A stretch of DNA of 64,000 bases. It comes from Bdellovibrionota bacterium. Lineage in GTDB: Bacteria > Bdellovibrionota_C > UBA2361 > OMII01. The DNA is taken from contig JBIIEK010000001.1 of assembly GCA_044237895.1 (NCBI GenBank), positions 2,762 to 66,761 of the forward strand, written 5' to 3'. Position numbers and translations under genes: made by a program. Position 1 is the stretch's first letter, and each line of letters begins with the position of its first letter. This document shows positions 9,097 to 18,925 of this stretch, in pieces. A model generated the notes under the pieces. It made no database searches, was not told the DNA's origin, and worked only from the letters and a program-made list of their open reading frames with translations.

Positions 9097-10242
9097 CTAT
9101 CCGACGTAGATCCGCGGAATCCGCTGATTAAGGAGGACCAATATCTCATGTGGCGTGGTATCGATCGCTGAGGCGAGGTCTTCAACTGAGATCCGCTCAT
9201 TACCCGACTGGCCGATAAAGGTAACCTCGTCACCGTTATAGGCCTCCCCCTGTCCGATATTCACCATGAGTTGATCCATGCAGACTCGTCCGACGACGGG
9301 ATAACGCTTCCCTCGGATGATTGCGGAGCCCTTATTTGATAACGCCCGGAGATATCCATCTCCATAACCCAAGGGCACCGTAACAACCCGGACATCATCT
9401 GGAGCGTGCCACGTGTGGCCATAACTCACCCCTGCGCCCTGCTTTACGACTTTGAAGTACACCACCTGACTCTTGAGCGAGAGTACCGGTTTGATTGGAA
9501 GCACTGATTCGTAGCCGCTTCCTGGATACACGCCGTACAAAGACAACCCCGGACGAACCATATCGAGGTGACTCTCCTTGAGGGTCATGAGCCCGGCCGA
9601 GTTGGCGATATGGCGAAGGAACGGAAGAGAGGCCCGCTCTTCGTAATAACGGACGGCCGAAAGAAATCGCTCGAGCTGAAGTTTTGCGAGTTCCGGCTTG
9701 TTGATATCCGCGTCCGCGAAGTGCGAGTAAACCCCGATTACATCGCATTGCTTCGCCTTAAGCGCTGCAGCAAAAAACGGCTCGCTTGAATAGTGGTGAA
9801 CCCCGATCCGCTCCAGGCCAGTGTCTATCTTTAGGTGGACCCTCGCCCTTCGGCCAAGCCTCGCGGCGGTGGCATCGATATGTTCCAGCTTACTGACCGA
9901 TGAGGCAGTCACGTCGACATCGTGCTTGATGTAGAGCTCCAACTGATCTTTTAAGAGCCCCCCAAACACAAGAATGGGGATAGTAACGCCACAACTACGA
10001 AGGGCTATCGCCTCCTCGATGTACGCGACTCCGAGGGAATCTATGCCCGCCTCCTGAAGACAGAGCCCCGTCCGCTCCAGTCCGTGGCCGTATCCGTTAG
10101 CCTTGATAGAGGCCATAATTTTGGACGGAGCAACGAATTCTTTAATGATTGCAAGATTATGGCGTAACGCGCTGAGATCCACCTCTGCGTAAGTAGGGCG
10201 CTGATCGAATGCGCCCATGTAATCAAATGCTTTTAGAGACAT
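9097..10242 (-). CDS. alr: Alanine racemase
   Basis: The PLP-lysine motif is MASIKANGYGHG. The text TYAEVDLSALRHNL and the C-terminal GYGDGY...PVVGRVCMDQLMV also fit. The start was set to ATG 10242 (MSLKAF...). Confidence 0.9.
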   Translation of the reverse strand: MSLKAFDYMGAFDQRPTYAEVDLSALRHNLAIIKEFVAPSKIMASIKANGYGHGLERTGLCLQEAGIDSLGVAYIEEAIALRSCGVTIPILVFGGLLKDQLELYIKHDVDVTASSVSKLEHIDATAARLGRRARVHLKIDTGLERIGVHHYSSEPFFAAALKAKQCDVIGVYSHFADADINKPELAKLQLERFLSAVRYYEERASLPFLRHIANSAGLMTLKESHLDMVRPGLSLYGVYPGSGYESVLPIKPVLSLKSQVVYFKVVKQGAGVSYGHTWHAPDDVRVVTVPLGYGDGYLRALSNKGSAIIRGKRYPVVGRVCMDQLMVNIGQGEAYNGDEVTFIGQSGNERISVEDLASAIDTTPHEILVLLNQRIPRIYVG

Positions 10243-10458
10243 CGTTTCACACTCGATACAAGGTACTGGGTGGGGCTCGTTAAACACAAAAGCCAGTTCC
10301 ACCAACTTACCGTTGCACTATCCGCCCCACAAGCTTCGCGGTGATTTTTGTTGGAGCGAATTAATTTAAGGAGGCCCGCTTCTTTTTCTTTTATGTCGGG
10401 AGGACCTAAGGGAAAATGAGGAGCATCTATCACCTTATATCAGTAACCGTTTACGCAC

Positions 10459-13400
10459 GTGACCGATAAATCAACGAAACCAGAAACTGAAGCACCCGAG
10501 TCCACCGACCCGAAGGTCGTACCGTTTCGTCGTATCAAGGTTACCGTCGGAGACACCCCCCCAGCCTCACGGGCTACCTTCTTAAAACGGGTGCTGAAGC
10601 GCTCAAAGCGAATTGCGCTCCTCACTGCACCGCTATGGCTCCTACTTGTTGTGGCGCTCGGATACGAGCTAAAGACCTCGTATCTCCAATCCCTCTATCT
10701 AAGTCGTATCGCAATGCGATCGACCTATCACGTCGAGAAAGGACCGAACCCGAACGCGATATTTCCGACCTATGGCCCCTTCGACCAGCGCCTCGGATAC
10801 ACCCGTATTCAAGGGATGCTAGACAACCTTCTTTCAAATGGATTCACAGTCTCAGAGCAATCTCGCTACTCGGAGGACCTTAAAAAAATCCTTGAACTCG
10901 GGCTCTTCCCTCCGTACGCAGAAAAAACCCAAGCCGGGCTCACCATCCTCGACCGTAACAACACGACTATCTACTCCGCATATCGCCCCGAGCGTGTCTA
11001 TGAGTCGTTCGATTCTGTGCCGGATGTGGTGGTCCGGTCCCTGCTCTTCATTGAGAACAAAGAGATCCTTGACCAAAACTATCCGATGAAGAATCCAGCG
11101 GTCGAATGGGATCGTTTCTCACTCGCGATCCTTGAGAAAGCCCGTCAGATTATCAAGCCCGACCTCAACGCTCCAGGCGGAAGCACGATAGCCACACAAC
11201 TGGAGAAATATCGCCACTCAAAAGAGGGACGCACGGCCGGAATAAAAGACAAACTCCGTCAGATGGCCTCCGCAAGCCTACGAGCGTACATGCACGGACG
11301 AAACACTCTCGACTCTCGAAAGGCCATCACCCTCCAATACATTAACTCGATCCCCCTAGCGGCACTGAAAGGATACGGAGAGGTGAACGGTTTAGGTGAT
11401 GGCATGTGGGCCTGGTACGGCACTGATTTTCAGGACATCAACATCAAGCTCTCCAACCTAAGCGCGCTATCCGCTCAAGGAGATCCCACCCCATACGCAG
11501 AGGCGTATAAGCAAGTGCTAAGCCTCTTTATCGCCCACCGACGCCCAAGCTTCTACCTCATCGCTGGACTTTCTGAACTTAACGCACTCACGAATGCACA
11601 CCTCGATCTCCTCGCGCGCGACGGGGTCATATCCCCAAAACTAAGAGATGCTGCCAAATCGATTAAACTCACCCTGCGCAGAGCGGCTCCACGCACGTCA
11701 CCCGTTTCATTCGTTCAGCGCAAAGCGGCTAACGCGATCCGAACTAGGCTCTTGCAGCTCATGAAGTATCCTCAACTCTATGACCTCGACCAAGCGGATC
11801 TCACCGTCCGCAGCACGATGGATAACGAAGCTAACGAGGGGGTAACTTCCGTCCTTCGCCAAATTAAAGATGAAGAGAGCGTTAAGAAATTTGGATTAAG
11901 CGGCGCACGCAATCTCGATCGAGGGGATCCATCAAAGGTTATCTACAGCCTGACGCTCTATGAGCGCGTTGGCAACGCGAATGTTCTTCGGGTTCAAACC
12001 GACAATTTCGATAATCCTTTTAGCATCAACGAGGGAACCCGTCTCGACCTCGGCTCTACCGCGAAGCTCCGGACACTCGTCACCTATCTGGACATTATCG
12101 GGGAGCTGTATGACCAATACGCCAGCATGACGACAACGCAACTGCGGGCCGCGAACATACGGGAGAATGATCCCATCACGCGCTTTGTGCTCGACGAACT
12201 CTCAAAGAACGCGCGCATGACACTCCCTCAGCTGCTCGACGCGGCGATGCTTCGACGATACTCCGCCAGTCCTGGAGAGTCGTTCTTCACTGGTGGAGGG
12301 ATGCACACCTTCGTCAATTTTAAAAAAGAGGACAACGGCAAGAACCCGACGATTCAGGAGGCGCTGACCCACTCAATCAACCTCCCCTTCGTGCGTCTTA
12401 TGCGCGATCTCTCACGCTACTACGTCAATCATATGGGGCTTAAGCTCGGGGGAACGAGCCAAAACACCATGCAGATCGCGTCTCAAAAAACCAAAGAGAG
12501 GAGCTCAGACAAGGGGGCAAGCAACCGCCGCAACGACCCCGTGCGCATCCACTTCTTGCAAAAATTCGCGGATCAGGAGGGGAGCTACTTTCTTCGTAAG
12601 TTCTACGAGAAGTACAAAGGCGTTCCTCCACGGGAGCTTGTAACGACCTTCGTGAAATCCTCAAAGAAAACTCCGCGACAGGTTGCCGCAATCTTTCGCT
12701 TCACCGATCCCGGCGCTTCGGTCTCTGATATGGCCGCGTTCCTTCGGGAGAATCTGCCTTCAAGCTCACTCTCCCCCGCTCTGATCGAGAAGCTCTATGC
12801 GGAGTTCGCTCCTGGCAAATTCTCTATTCAAGACCAGGGATTCCTGGCCCGTGTTCACCCGCTCGAGCTATGGCTTGTCGCTTTCCTTAAGCAGAATCCG
12901 GGAGCCCCCGTCTCCCAGGCGCTTGCAAATAGTAAAGAGGAACGACAGATCGTCTACGAGTGGCTCTTCAAGACTCCCTCCCTTCGCGCTCAAGACAGCC
13001 GCATCCGCACCCTCATGGAGATGGAGTCCTTTGAGGAGATACACAAGCAATGGAGGAAGGTTGGGTATCCCTTCCAGTCGATGGTCCCCTCCCTCGCATC
13101 AGCGATCGGAAGCTCAGGCGACCGTCCAATCGCGCTCGCGGAGCTCGTGGGAATCATCCTTAATGACGGGAAACGACTCCCCCTTGTTCGCTTAAACGAA
13201 TTACACCTCGCCGCCGGCACGCCGTATGAAACCAAGCTTACTCGCGTCGACTCTTCCGATTCAGAACAAGCGATTAAACCTGAGGTGGCTCGAACCCTTA
13301 AAAAAACGATGGCGACCGTTGTTGAATCCGGAACAGCGCGCCGCGTGTTTCATACCTATGCCCGCTCAGACGGAAAGTTTTATACCATCGGCGGCAAGAC

Positions 13401-13836
13401 GGGCACGGGAGATCACCGATTTGAAACCTATGGCCCCGGGGGACACGTTATCTCCTCCCGAGTCGTCAACCGAACCGCTACCTTTGCATTCTACATCGGA
13501 GATCGATTCTTCGGCGTCATCTCCGCTCACGTACCTGGGGAGGACGCTGCTAAGTTCGACTTTACAAGCGCCCTGGCGGCGGAGCTTCTGAAGATCGTAA
13601 ACCCGTCCGTCGTGCCTATGATCGAGCGCTCGGGTAGCGAGCTGTCGCCTTTCTCTAATGAAACACCCATAACCACCTCAACTCCAGTGCGACCAGTAGC
13701 GGCCACGGATGCAACCGAGGCAACGCTCGCCCCTCCTGTCGTAGAGGACGGAGGAAGCCCTCCTAAGGCCGCTCCTCGCGATCCTAGCCGAAGGCAGAAG
13801 CTGAGGCGTTCTATAATACTACCACCCCCTGGATAG
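10459..13836 (+). CDS. Atypical class-A penicillin-binding-protein-like protein (GT51 glycosyltransferase plus transpeptidase motifs, 1125 aa)
   Basis: There is an N-terminal TM helix. GT51-like motifs are FIENKEILDQ and GGSTIATQLEKY. Transpeptidase motifs are STAK (SxxK), SIN (SxN) and GKTGTG (KTG). Large insertions and a Pro-rich C-terminal tail are present. The start is GTG. Confidence 0.65.
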   Translation: MTDKSTKPETEAPESTDPKVVPFRRIKVTVGDTPPASRATFLKRVLKRSKRIALLTAPLWLLLVVALGYELKTSYLQSLYLSRIAMRSTYHVEKGPNPNAIFPTYGPFDQRLGYTRIQGMLDNLLSNGFTVSEQSRYSEDLKKILELGLFPPYAEKTQAGLTILDRNNTTIYSAYRPERVYESFDSVPDVVVRSLLFIENKEILDQNYPMKNPAVEWDRFSLAILEKARQIIKPDLNAPGGSTIATQLEKYRHSKEGRTAGIKDKLRQMASASLRAYMHGRNTLDSRKAITLQYINSIPLAALKGYGEVNGLGDGMWAWYGTDFQDINIKLSNLSALSAQGDPTPYAEAYKQVLSLFIAHRRPSFYLIAGLSELNALTNAHLDLLARDGVISPKLRDAAKSIKLTLRRAAPRTSPVSFVQRKAANAIRTRLLQLMKYPQLYDLDQADLTVRSTMDNEANEGVTSVLRQIKDEESVKKFGLSGARNLDRGDPSKVIYSLTLYERVGNANVLRVQTDNFDNPFSINEGTRLDLGSTAKLRTLVTYLDIIGELYDQYASMTTTQLRAANIRENDPITRFVLDELSKNARMTLPQLLDAAMLRRYSASPGESFFTGGGMHTFVNFKKEDNGKNPTIQEALTHSINLPFVRLMRDLSRYYVNHMGLKLGGTSQNTMQIASQKTKERSSDKGASNRRNDPVRIHFLQKFADQEGSYFLRKFYEKYKGVPPRELVTTFVKSSKKTPRQVAAIFRFTDPGASVSDMAAFLRENLPSSSLSPALIEKLYAEFAPGKFSIQDQGFLARVHPLELWLVAFLKQNPGAPVSQALANSKEERQIVYEWLFKTPSLRAQDSRIRTLMEMESFEEIHKQWRKVGYPFQSMVPSLASAIGSSGDRPIALAELVGIILNDGKRLPLVRLNELHLAAGTPYETKLTRVDSSDSEQAIKPEVARTLKKTMATVVESGTARRVFHTYARSDGKFYTIGGKTGTGDHRFETYGPGGHVISSRVVNRTATFAFYIGDRFFGVISAHVPGEDAAKFDFTSALAAELLKIVNPSVVPMIERSGSELSPFSNETPITTSTPVRPVAATDATEATLAPPVVEDGGSPPKAAPRDPSRRQKLRRSIILPPPG

Positions 13837-13968
13837 CCCTAGACGGCCCCCTAAAGGGGCAATACTTGGCCCCAAGAGGTTTTAGTGCCGCCCTTTAATC
13901 CATTGAATACCCTGGAACTCTTGTCATCGGCCGCCCTACATGGTAACCAATGCCTCCTTGTTTCGTAC

Positions 13969-14041
<73 letters not shown>

Positions 14042-14310
14042 CATTCCTTCCCCTCGCACACACCCACAAAGCAGCCCAAACCATTGAAACTACAGCATTT
14101 TAGCCGCTCATTTCGTAGCGTTTCTGGCCTATCCATACCCCACATCAGGCGTTCATAAACCGGAATCCCATTTTACGACTGGTCGCATCTTACCAATTGA
14201 GGTGGAGTGTATATTCAATAGGTTCCACTCAAGTTTAGGGAAGTCTTCCGTGGCCCCGGCGAACGCGTGCGAGGGACCAACGAAACAGTTAGAACTCACA
14301 GTTGTACGCT

Positions 14311-15144
14311 ATGAACGACCTTGTGCTTATCACCGGTGCGTCGGGCTTTGTCGGCCAACAGGTACTACGCAGCCTTGACGCGCGCCAGCTCCCCGTTCGA
14401 GCGATAACCCGATCGACTGACTCATCAGCTTTCCACAGATATTCTAATATCGAGAGCCTCGTTCAGACGCAGGATCTTTTCCAGGAATCACCTGATTGGT
14501 GGATGCGCACACTGGAAGGAGTGAGCGTTGTAGTTCATGTAGCGTGGCACGTTGAGCCAGCCACGTACCTTCACTCCCCACAAAACATTGAGTGCCTTGT
14601 CGGCACGATCAGACTCGCCCGCGCTGCAGCGCAAAGCAACATCCGTCGATTCGTCGGAGTTGGAACGTGCTTCGAATACGATCTATCGGCAGGCACCCTG
14701 TCCGTAGACACCCCTCTAAAACCAACAACGCTCTACGCATCGTGCAAGGCTTCAGCCTTTTTGACTCTGTCGCAGCTCTTCGCTCAAAGCGACGTCAGGT
14801 TTCTCTGGTGCCGCCTTTTCTACCTATACGGAGAGGGCGAAAAGCCGGGACGATTAATGCCGCATTTACGACAGCGTTTATCAGCGGGAGAGAGCGCAGA
14901 GCTTACGTCCGGAAAACAGATCCGAGATTTCATGGACGTACGAGAGGCGGGATCGCTGATTACCGAATTAACATGCGGAGAGACGAAAGGAGCGGTGAAC
15001 GTTTGTTCGGGTGTGCCAACAACGGTCCGCCAATTCGCCGAAGCAGTCGCCGATGAATATGGCGCTCGACACCTGCTTAAATTCGGCGCTCGCCAGGATA
15101 ACGCGATAGACCCCCCACAAGTTCTGGGGATACGAAATTTTTGA
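14311..15144 (+). CDS. NAD-dependent sugar epimerase/dehydratase (SDR family)
   Basis: The Rossmann motif LITGASGFVGQQVL and the YASCK active-site motif (YxxxK) are present. Confidence 0.85.
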   Translation: MNDLVLITGASGFVGQQVLRSLDARQLPVRAITRSTDSSAFHRYSNIESLVQTQDLFQESPDWWMRTLEGVSVVVHVAWHVEPATYLHSPQNIECLVGTIRLARAAAQSNIRRFVGVGTCFEYDLSAGTLSVDTPLKPTTLYASCKASAFLTLSQLFAQSDVRFLWCRLFYLYGEGEKPGRLMPHLRQRLSAGESAELTSGKQIRDFMDVREAGSLITELTCGETKGAVNVCSGVPTTVRQFAEAVADEYGARHLLKFGARQDNAIDPPQVLGIRNF

Positions 15145-15160
15145 TTGAGGAGACAACTCT

Positions 15161-16180
15161 ATGAAAGCCGAGTACGCACCGCGAATATACCTAAAAGACA
15201 GGACCGCGTTAGAGACCGTAATCCCCCTGGAGACCCCTTTTGTAGTGTTTGTCGACCCGTCAGACGCCTGCAATTTCAAGTGCCGATTTTGCCCAACAAG
15301 CAACCGCGGCCTTATGAAGCAAGTAGGTCGCCCTCTTCGCGTCATGGATTTCGATCTCTTCAAAAAGATCGCCGACGACATGTGCGATTTCCCGCAAAAG
15401 GTAAAGGTCCTTCGGCTCTACAAAGACGGAGAGCCCTTAATCAACAAACGCCTCCCGGACATGATCAAATACGCGAAAGATGTCGGAAGCGCTGAAAGAG
15501 TCGACACAACCACAAACGCCTCATTATTAACTCCGGAGAAAGGAAAGCAACTCATCGATGCCGGCCTCGATAGAATCAACATATCGATCGAAGGAGTGAA
15601 TAATGAGCAATACAAGTCCTTCTCGGATGTAAATCTTGAGTTCGAGCGAATCGTCGACAACGTAAAAGCCTTCTATGCCAATCGCAAACAGTGCGAGATG
15701 TTGGTCAAGATCAATGGCGACGTTATCTCAGAGGAAGACAAACAAAAGTTCCTGGAGACCTTCGGCGACTATACCGATAAAATCTACGTCGAGCATATCA
15801 TGTCATGCTGGCCAAATTTCGAGCTGGACGGTCTTGAGGAGAATAAATCCAAGGGTATCTACGGCCAGGAGATTAAAGAAGTTGATGTGTGCCCTCATGT
15901 GTTTTACTCATTCTCTATCAACTCAGATGGGCAGGTCAGTTTGTGTTTTCTCGATTGGTCCAAGAAATTGCTTATAGGCGATGTCCGCGAATCTTCAGTA
16001 AAAGATATCTGGCAGAGCAAACAGATGCGGCAATATCAGAAGATGTTTTTGGAGGGGAAAAGAAAGAAACACCCGATCTGCGGAAATTGCGGCCAGATGA
16101 GCCACGGCAATCCCGACAATCTCGATGGCCACAAAACCGAGATCCTCACACAACTTAACAGCATAAACTATTTTCGCTAA
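15161..16180 (+). CDS. Radical SAM enzyme with a C-terminal SPASM-like Cys-rich domain
   Basis: The radical SAM cluster motif is CNFKCRFCP (CxxxCxxC). C-terminal cysteines are CPHVFYSFSINSDGQVSLCF...HPICGNCGQ. RBS GAGGAG lies 8 nt upstream of the ATG. Confidence 0.8.
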   Translation: MKAEYAPRIYLKDRTALETVIPLETPFVVFVDPSDACNFKCRFCPTSNRGLMKQVGRPLRVMDFDLFKKIADDMCDFPQKVKVLRLYKDGEPLINKRLPDMIKYAKDVGSAERVDTTTNASLLTPEKGKQLIDAGLDRINISIEGVNNEQYKSFSDVNLEFERIVDNVKAFYANRKQCEMLVKINGDVISEEDKQKFLETFGDYTDKIYVEHIMSCWPNFELDGLEENKSKGIYGQEIKEVDVCPHVFYSFSINSDGQVSLCFLDWSKKLLIGDVRESSVKDIWQSKQMRQYQKMFLEGKRKKHPICGNCGQMSHGNPDNLDGHKTEILTQLNSINYFR

Positions 16181-16377
16181 TCGACTAAGGACCTCCTCGC
16201 GAGAGAACCAGAATGAATCGAATACTCTTGACCCCTGGTAGCAGAATGTTTTCTAGGTTTCCCACCGTCGCCCCATGTGCCGCGGTAGGAGCGAAGAGAG
16301 TTGGGGTGTCGCGCCTGTCAGTACGTACGGTTGTTCAATCATCTTCTCTCGTCTATCTTTTTTTCTAAGGAGCACCT

Positions 16378-17724
16378 ATGTCCAAAGCCAAAACTACCAA
16401 GGTACTTCATCTAACGCCCCACTTTGGAGGTGGCGTTGGAACCGTTCTACTCGCAAACCTGCTTTATTCCCACGAGACAGACCCTGAGGTCGAATGTTCG
16501 GTCCTGTGCCTTGATTACCTGAATGAACACTCCAAGGAGGCTATCCAAGCCGCCAACATTCCGTACACCGAGCTCATGCATTCTAAGCCAGAGCTCGTTC
16601 TTGAGCAGATAGCGGCGGCGGATATCACGCTCATCCATTGGTGGAACCACCCACTCCTCACCGACTTCCTCATGAGACACCCCTTGCCGCCTTGCAGGCT
16701 TCTGATGTGGTGTCACATCACCGGGTCACCCGCTCCAAACAACTTAACGAGCCGTTTATTCACCTATCCAGACGAATTTATCTTCACAACTCCCGTAAGC
16801 TGTGAGGAACCCGAATACAAAAACCTAACCTCCACGGAACTGAAAACCGTATCAACTATCTGGTCAACCGCGGGGGTGGAGCGCCTTGCCCACGTCCAAC
16901 CTCGGAAGCACGATGGCTTTAACGTCGGGTATATTGGGAATCTTGATCCAACTAAGATCCACCCCCAGTTTGTTGAGCTGTGCAAGGGCATCAACATACC
17001 GAACGTTCATTTCACCGTTATTGGCCCAGAGAACAAGGAGCTAACGAGACACGCTCACAGCCTCGGCATGGGCGATACGATAACTTTTACTGGGTTCATC
17101 CCAGAAGCTCAGAAATGGGATCTGCTCGCTACTTTCGATGTCTTTGGATACCCACTAGCGCGGCACCATTACGGCTCATGCGACCAAACACTCCAAGAGG
17201 CGATGGCTCTCGCGGTACCTCCTGTAGTCCTCAACAATAAGATGGAATGCTACATGGTAAAGCACGAGCGCACCGGCCTCGTTGTGGAGAATGAGCAGCA
17301 ATACATCAAAGCTATAGAGGAGCTGAGCACCAATTATGAGAAGCGAACGACGCTGGGCAAGCAGGGCAAGCAGTTCGCCACTGAAGAATACTCGATTGAG
17401 GAATCTCGGCGTCAATGGAGAGAGGCTTTTGACAGAGTAATGCTCAAGACGAAGACTCCAAAATCATGGGGCCGTTTCGATCACACCTCGCCATCCGCCG
17501 CAGAGATCTTCGTTGAATCTTTGGGCGATTACGCAGGCCCTTTCCAATCCTACCTGCAATCGACCGACAAGGAACGGAAACTTCAGATTGAGAAGATCAA
17601 AGAATTAGCGCAGTGTGGTAACTGGATGTCCCCTAACAAGAGCACTGTGTATCAGTTCTTAAAGTTCTTCCCCGAAGATAACACGCTCAACGAATGGGCT
17701 CGGATCATGAAAGGCGAAATGTAG
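16378..17724 (+). CDS. GT-B fold glycosyltransferase (GT4/GT1-like)
   Basis: The C-terminal half, FTGFIPEAQKWDLLATFDVFGYP...GSCDQTLQEAMALAVPPVV, resembles the GT4 E-x7-E region. RBS AAGGAG precedes the ATG. Confidence 0.6.
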   Translation: MSKAKTTKVLHLTPHFGGGVGTVLLANLLYSHETDPEVECSVLCLDYLNEHSKEAIQAANIPYTELMHSKPELVLEQIAAADITLIHWWNHPLLTDFLMRHPLPPCRLLMWCHITGSPAPNNLTSRLFTYPDEFIFTTPVSCEEPEYKNLTSTELKTVSTIWSTAGVERLAHVQPRKHDGFNVGYIGNLDPTKIHPQFVELCKGINIPNVHFTVIGPENKELTRHAHSLGMGDTITFTGFIPEAQKWDLLATFDVFGYPLARHHYGSCDQTLQEAMALAVPPVVLNNKMECYMVKHERTGLVVENEQQYIKAIEELSTNYEKRTTLGKQGKQFATEEYSIEESRRQWREAFDRVMLKTKTPKSWGRFDHTSPSAAEIFVESLGDYAGPFQSYLQSTDKERKLQIEKIKELAQCGNWMSPNKSTVYQFLKFFPEDNTLNEWARIMKGEM

Positions 17725-18908
17725 TGACTCCGTACAGCCGTCGCCTCCTCGACACGAACCCGACCTGCACGGATGCTGGACGGCTGTTAACTTCACTCTG
17801 TGAGACCCCTTTCGTTTTTACCTCGCCTGTCGTTGATGGTTCGGTGGCGCTGTACGGCGCGGGCAATATGGGGCAGATGGCTCGCGACTATTTCGGGTTT
17901 CTAAAGATCCCGATTTCATGCGTAATTGACCAACGGTTCAAAAGCGTCCCGGACGAAGATCGGTGGAACGGACTTCCCGCATTCTCTCCGACTACAGCTC
18001 CCATAAATATCCGTAAAGACACGTTGCTCGCGGTGTGCGTGGCGACAAGCCCTTACGTCGAGCTAGCGGACACACTGCGTGGCTTAGGTTGGCAAAGAGT
18101 AGCCCCCTTCTACGACATCTCTGAAAGCTACCGAGCTCAACATCCCCTCTCAAATGGATGGTATGCGCCCCCGTTCACTGAAAACGAGAGTATGATGATT
18201 GGGCAGGTACTCTCTCAATGGGCGGATGATAGGTCGAGAGCGCACCATCTTCAGTTCGTGGCGTGGCGACGACTCCGCCAAGAATGGATCTTCTCAAACG
18301 CGGAGGTCATTCCCGAGAATCGTTTTTTTATTCCGGAGATAGTATCCACCCTAGGCTCCAATGAATACTTCGTTGACGTTGGCGCGCATGTCGGTAGCAT
18401 ATCGCACCGATTCCTTGCGGAGGTGAACAACCAGTTTCATCGGATCGTCGCGATCGAGCCCGACTCCCGTAATAGGACGGCGCTCTCGTCAAGCCTATCT
18501 CAGATCGCAGAGCGAAATAAAATTGAGATCCTTCCTCACATCATTGGAGCCACCCACACCCCTTGTCGATTTTTCGAAGGTCTTGGATACCCCTCACAGC
18601 GATGCGAGTTCGGAGACACGAAAGCAACGATGGTAACTCTCGACGAACTAGACCTCGCGCCTACCGTGCTCAAACTTCACTTAGAGGGCTGGGAACTCGA
18701 GGCTCTCAAAGGGGCAACGAAAACAATTGAGCGATGTCGTCCCACCATCATGGCCACCAGCTACCACAATGCACTAGGGCTGTGGGAGTTACCGCACTGG
18801 CTCATGAGCAACTGCGAGCAGTACTCGTTTTATATGCGCCAGCATACGTGGTGCGGCACCGGATGCGTCATATACGCTATCCCGTCTGAAAAGATGACCG
18901 CGGCCTAA
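17694..18908 (+). CDS. Two-domain protein: NeuD/PglD-N-like Rossmann domain plus FkbM-family methyltransferase
   Basis: The N-terminal motif is VALYGAGNMGQMARDYF. The FkbM core is FVDVGAHVGSIS...IVAIEPDSRN...LKLHLEGWELEALKGATKTI...MATSYH. The start is ambiguous: ATG 17694 overlaps the upstream gene by 31 nt, and GTG 17724 would overlap its stop in TAGTG fashion. Confidence 0.7.
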   Translation: MGSDHERRNVVTPYSRRLLDTNPTCTDAGRLLTSLCETPFVFTSPVVDGSVALYGAGNMGQMARDYFGFLKIPISCVIDQRFKSVPDEDRWNGLPAFSPTTAPINIRKDTLLAVCVATSPYVELADTLRGLGWQRVAPFYDISESYRAQHPLSNGWYAPPFTENESMMIGQVLSQWADDRSRAHHLQFVAWRRLRQEWIFSNAEVIPENRFFIPEIVSTLGSNEYFVDVGAHVGSISHRFLAEVNNQFHRIVAIEPDSRNRTALSSSLSQIAERNKIEILPHIIGATHTPCRFFEGLGYPSQRCEFGDTKATMVTLDELDLAPTVLKLHLEGWELEALKGATKTIERCRPTIMATSYHNALGLWELPHWLMSNCEQYSFYMRQHTWCGTGCVIYAIPSEKMTAA

Positions 18909-18925
18909 GCGAGGCCCCTTAGAGG

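Noticed and set aside
14042-14310. An integration scar or att repeat of the tRNA-Phe 3' end that would mark a genomic island boundary.
   Set aside because: By eye I found no repeat of the tRNA 3' segment in this gap or at the far end of the glycan cluster. No integrase gene is present.
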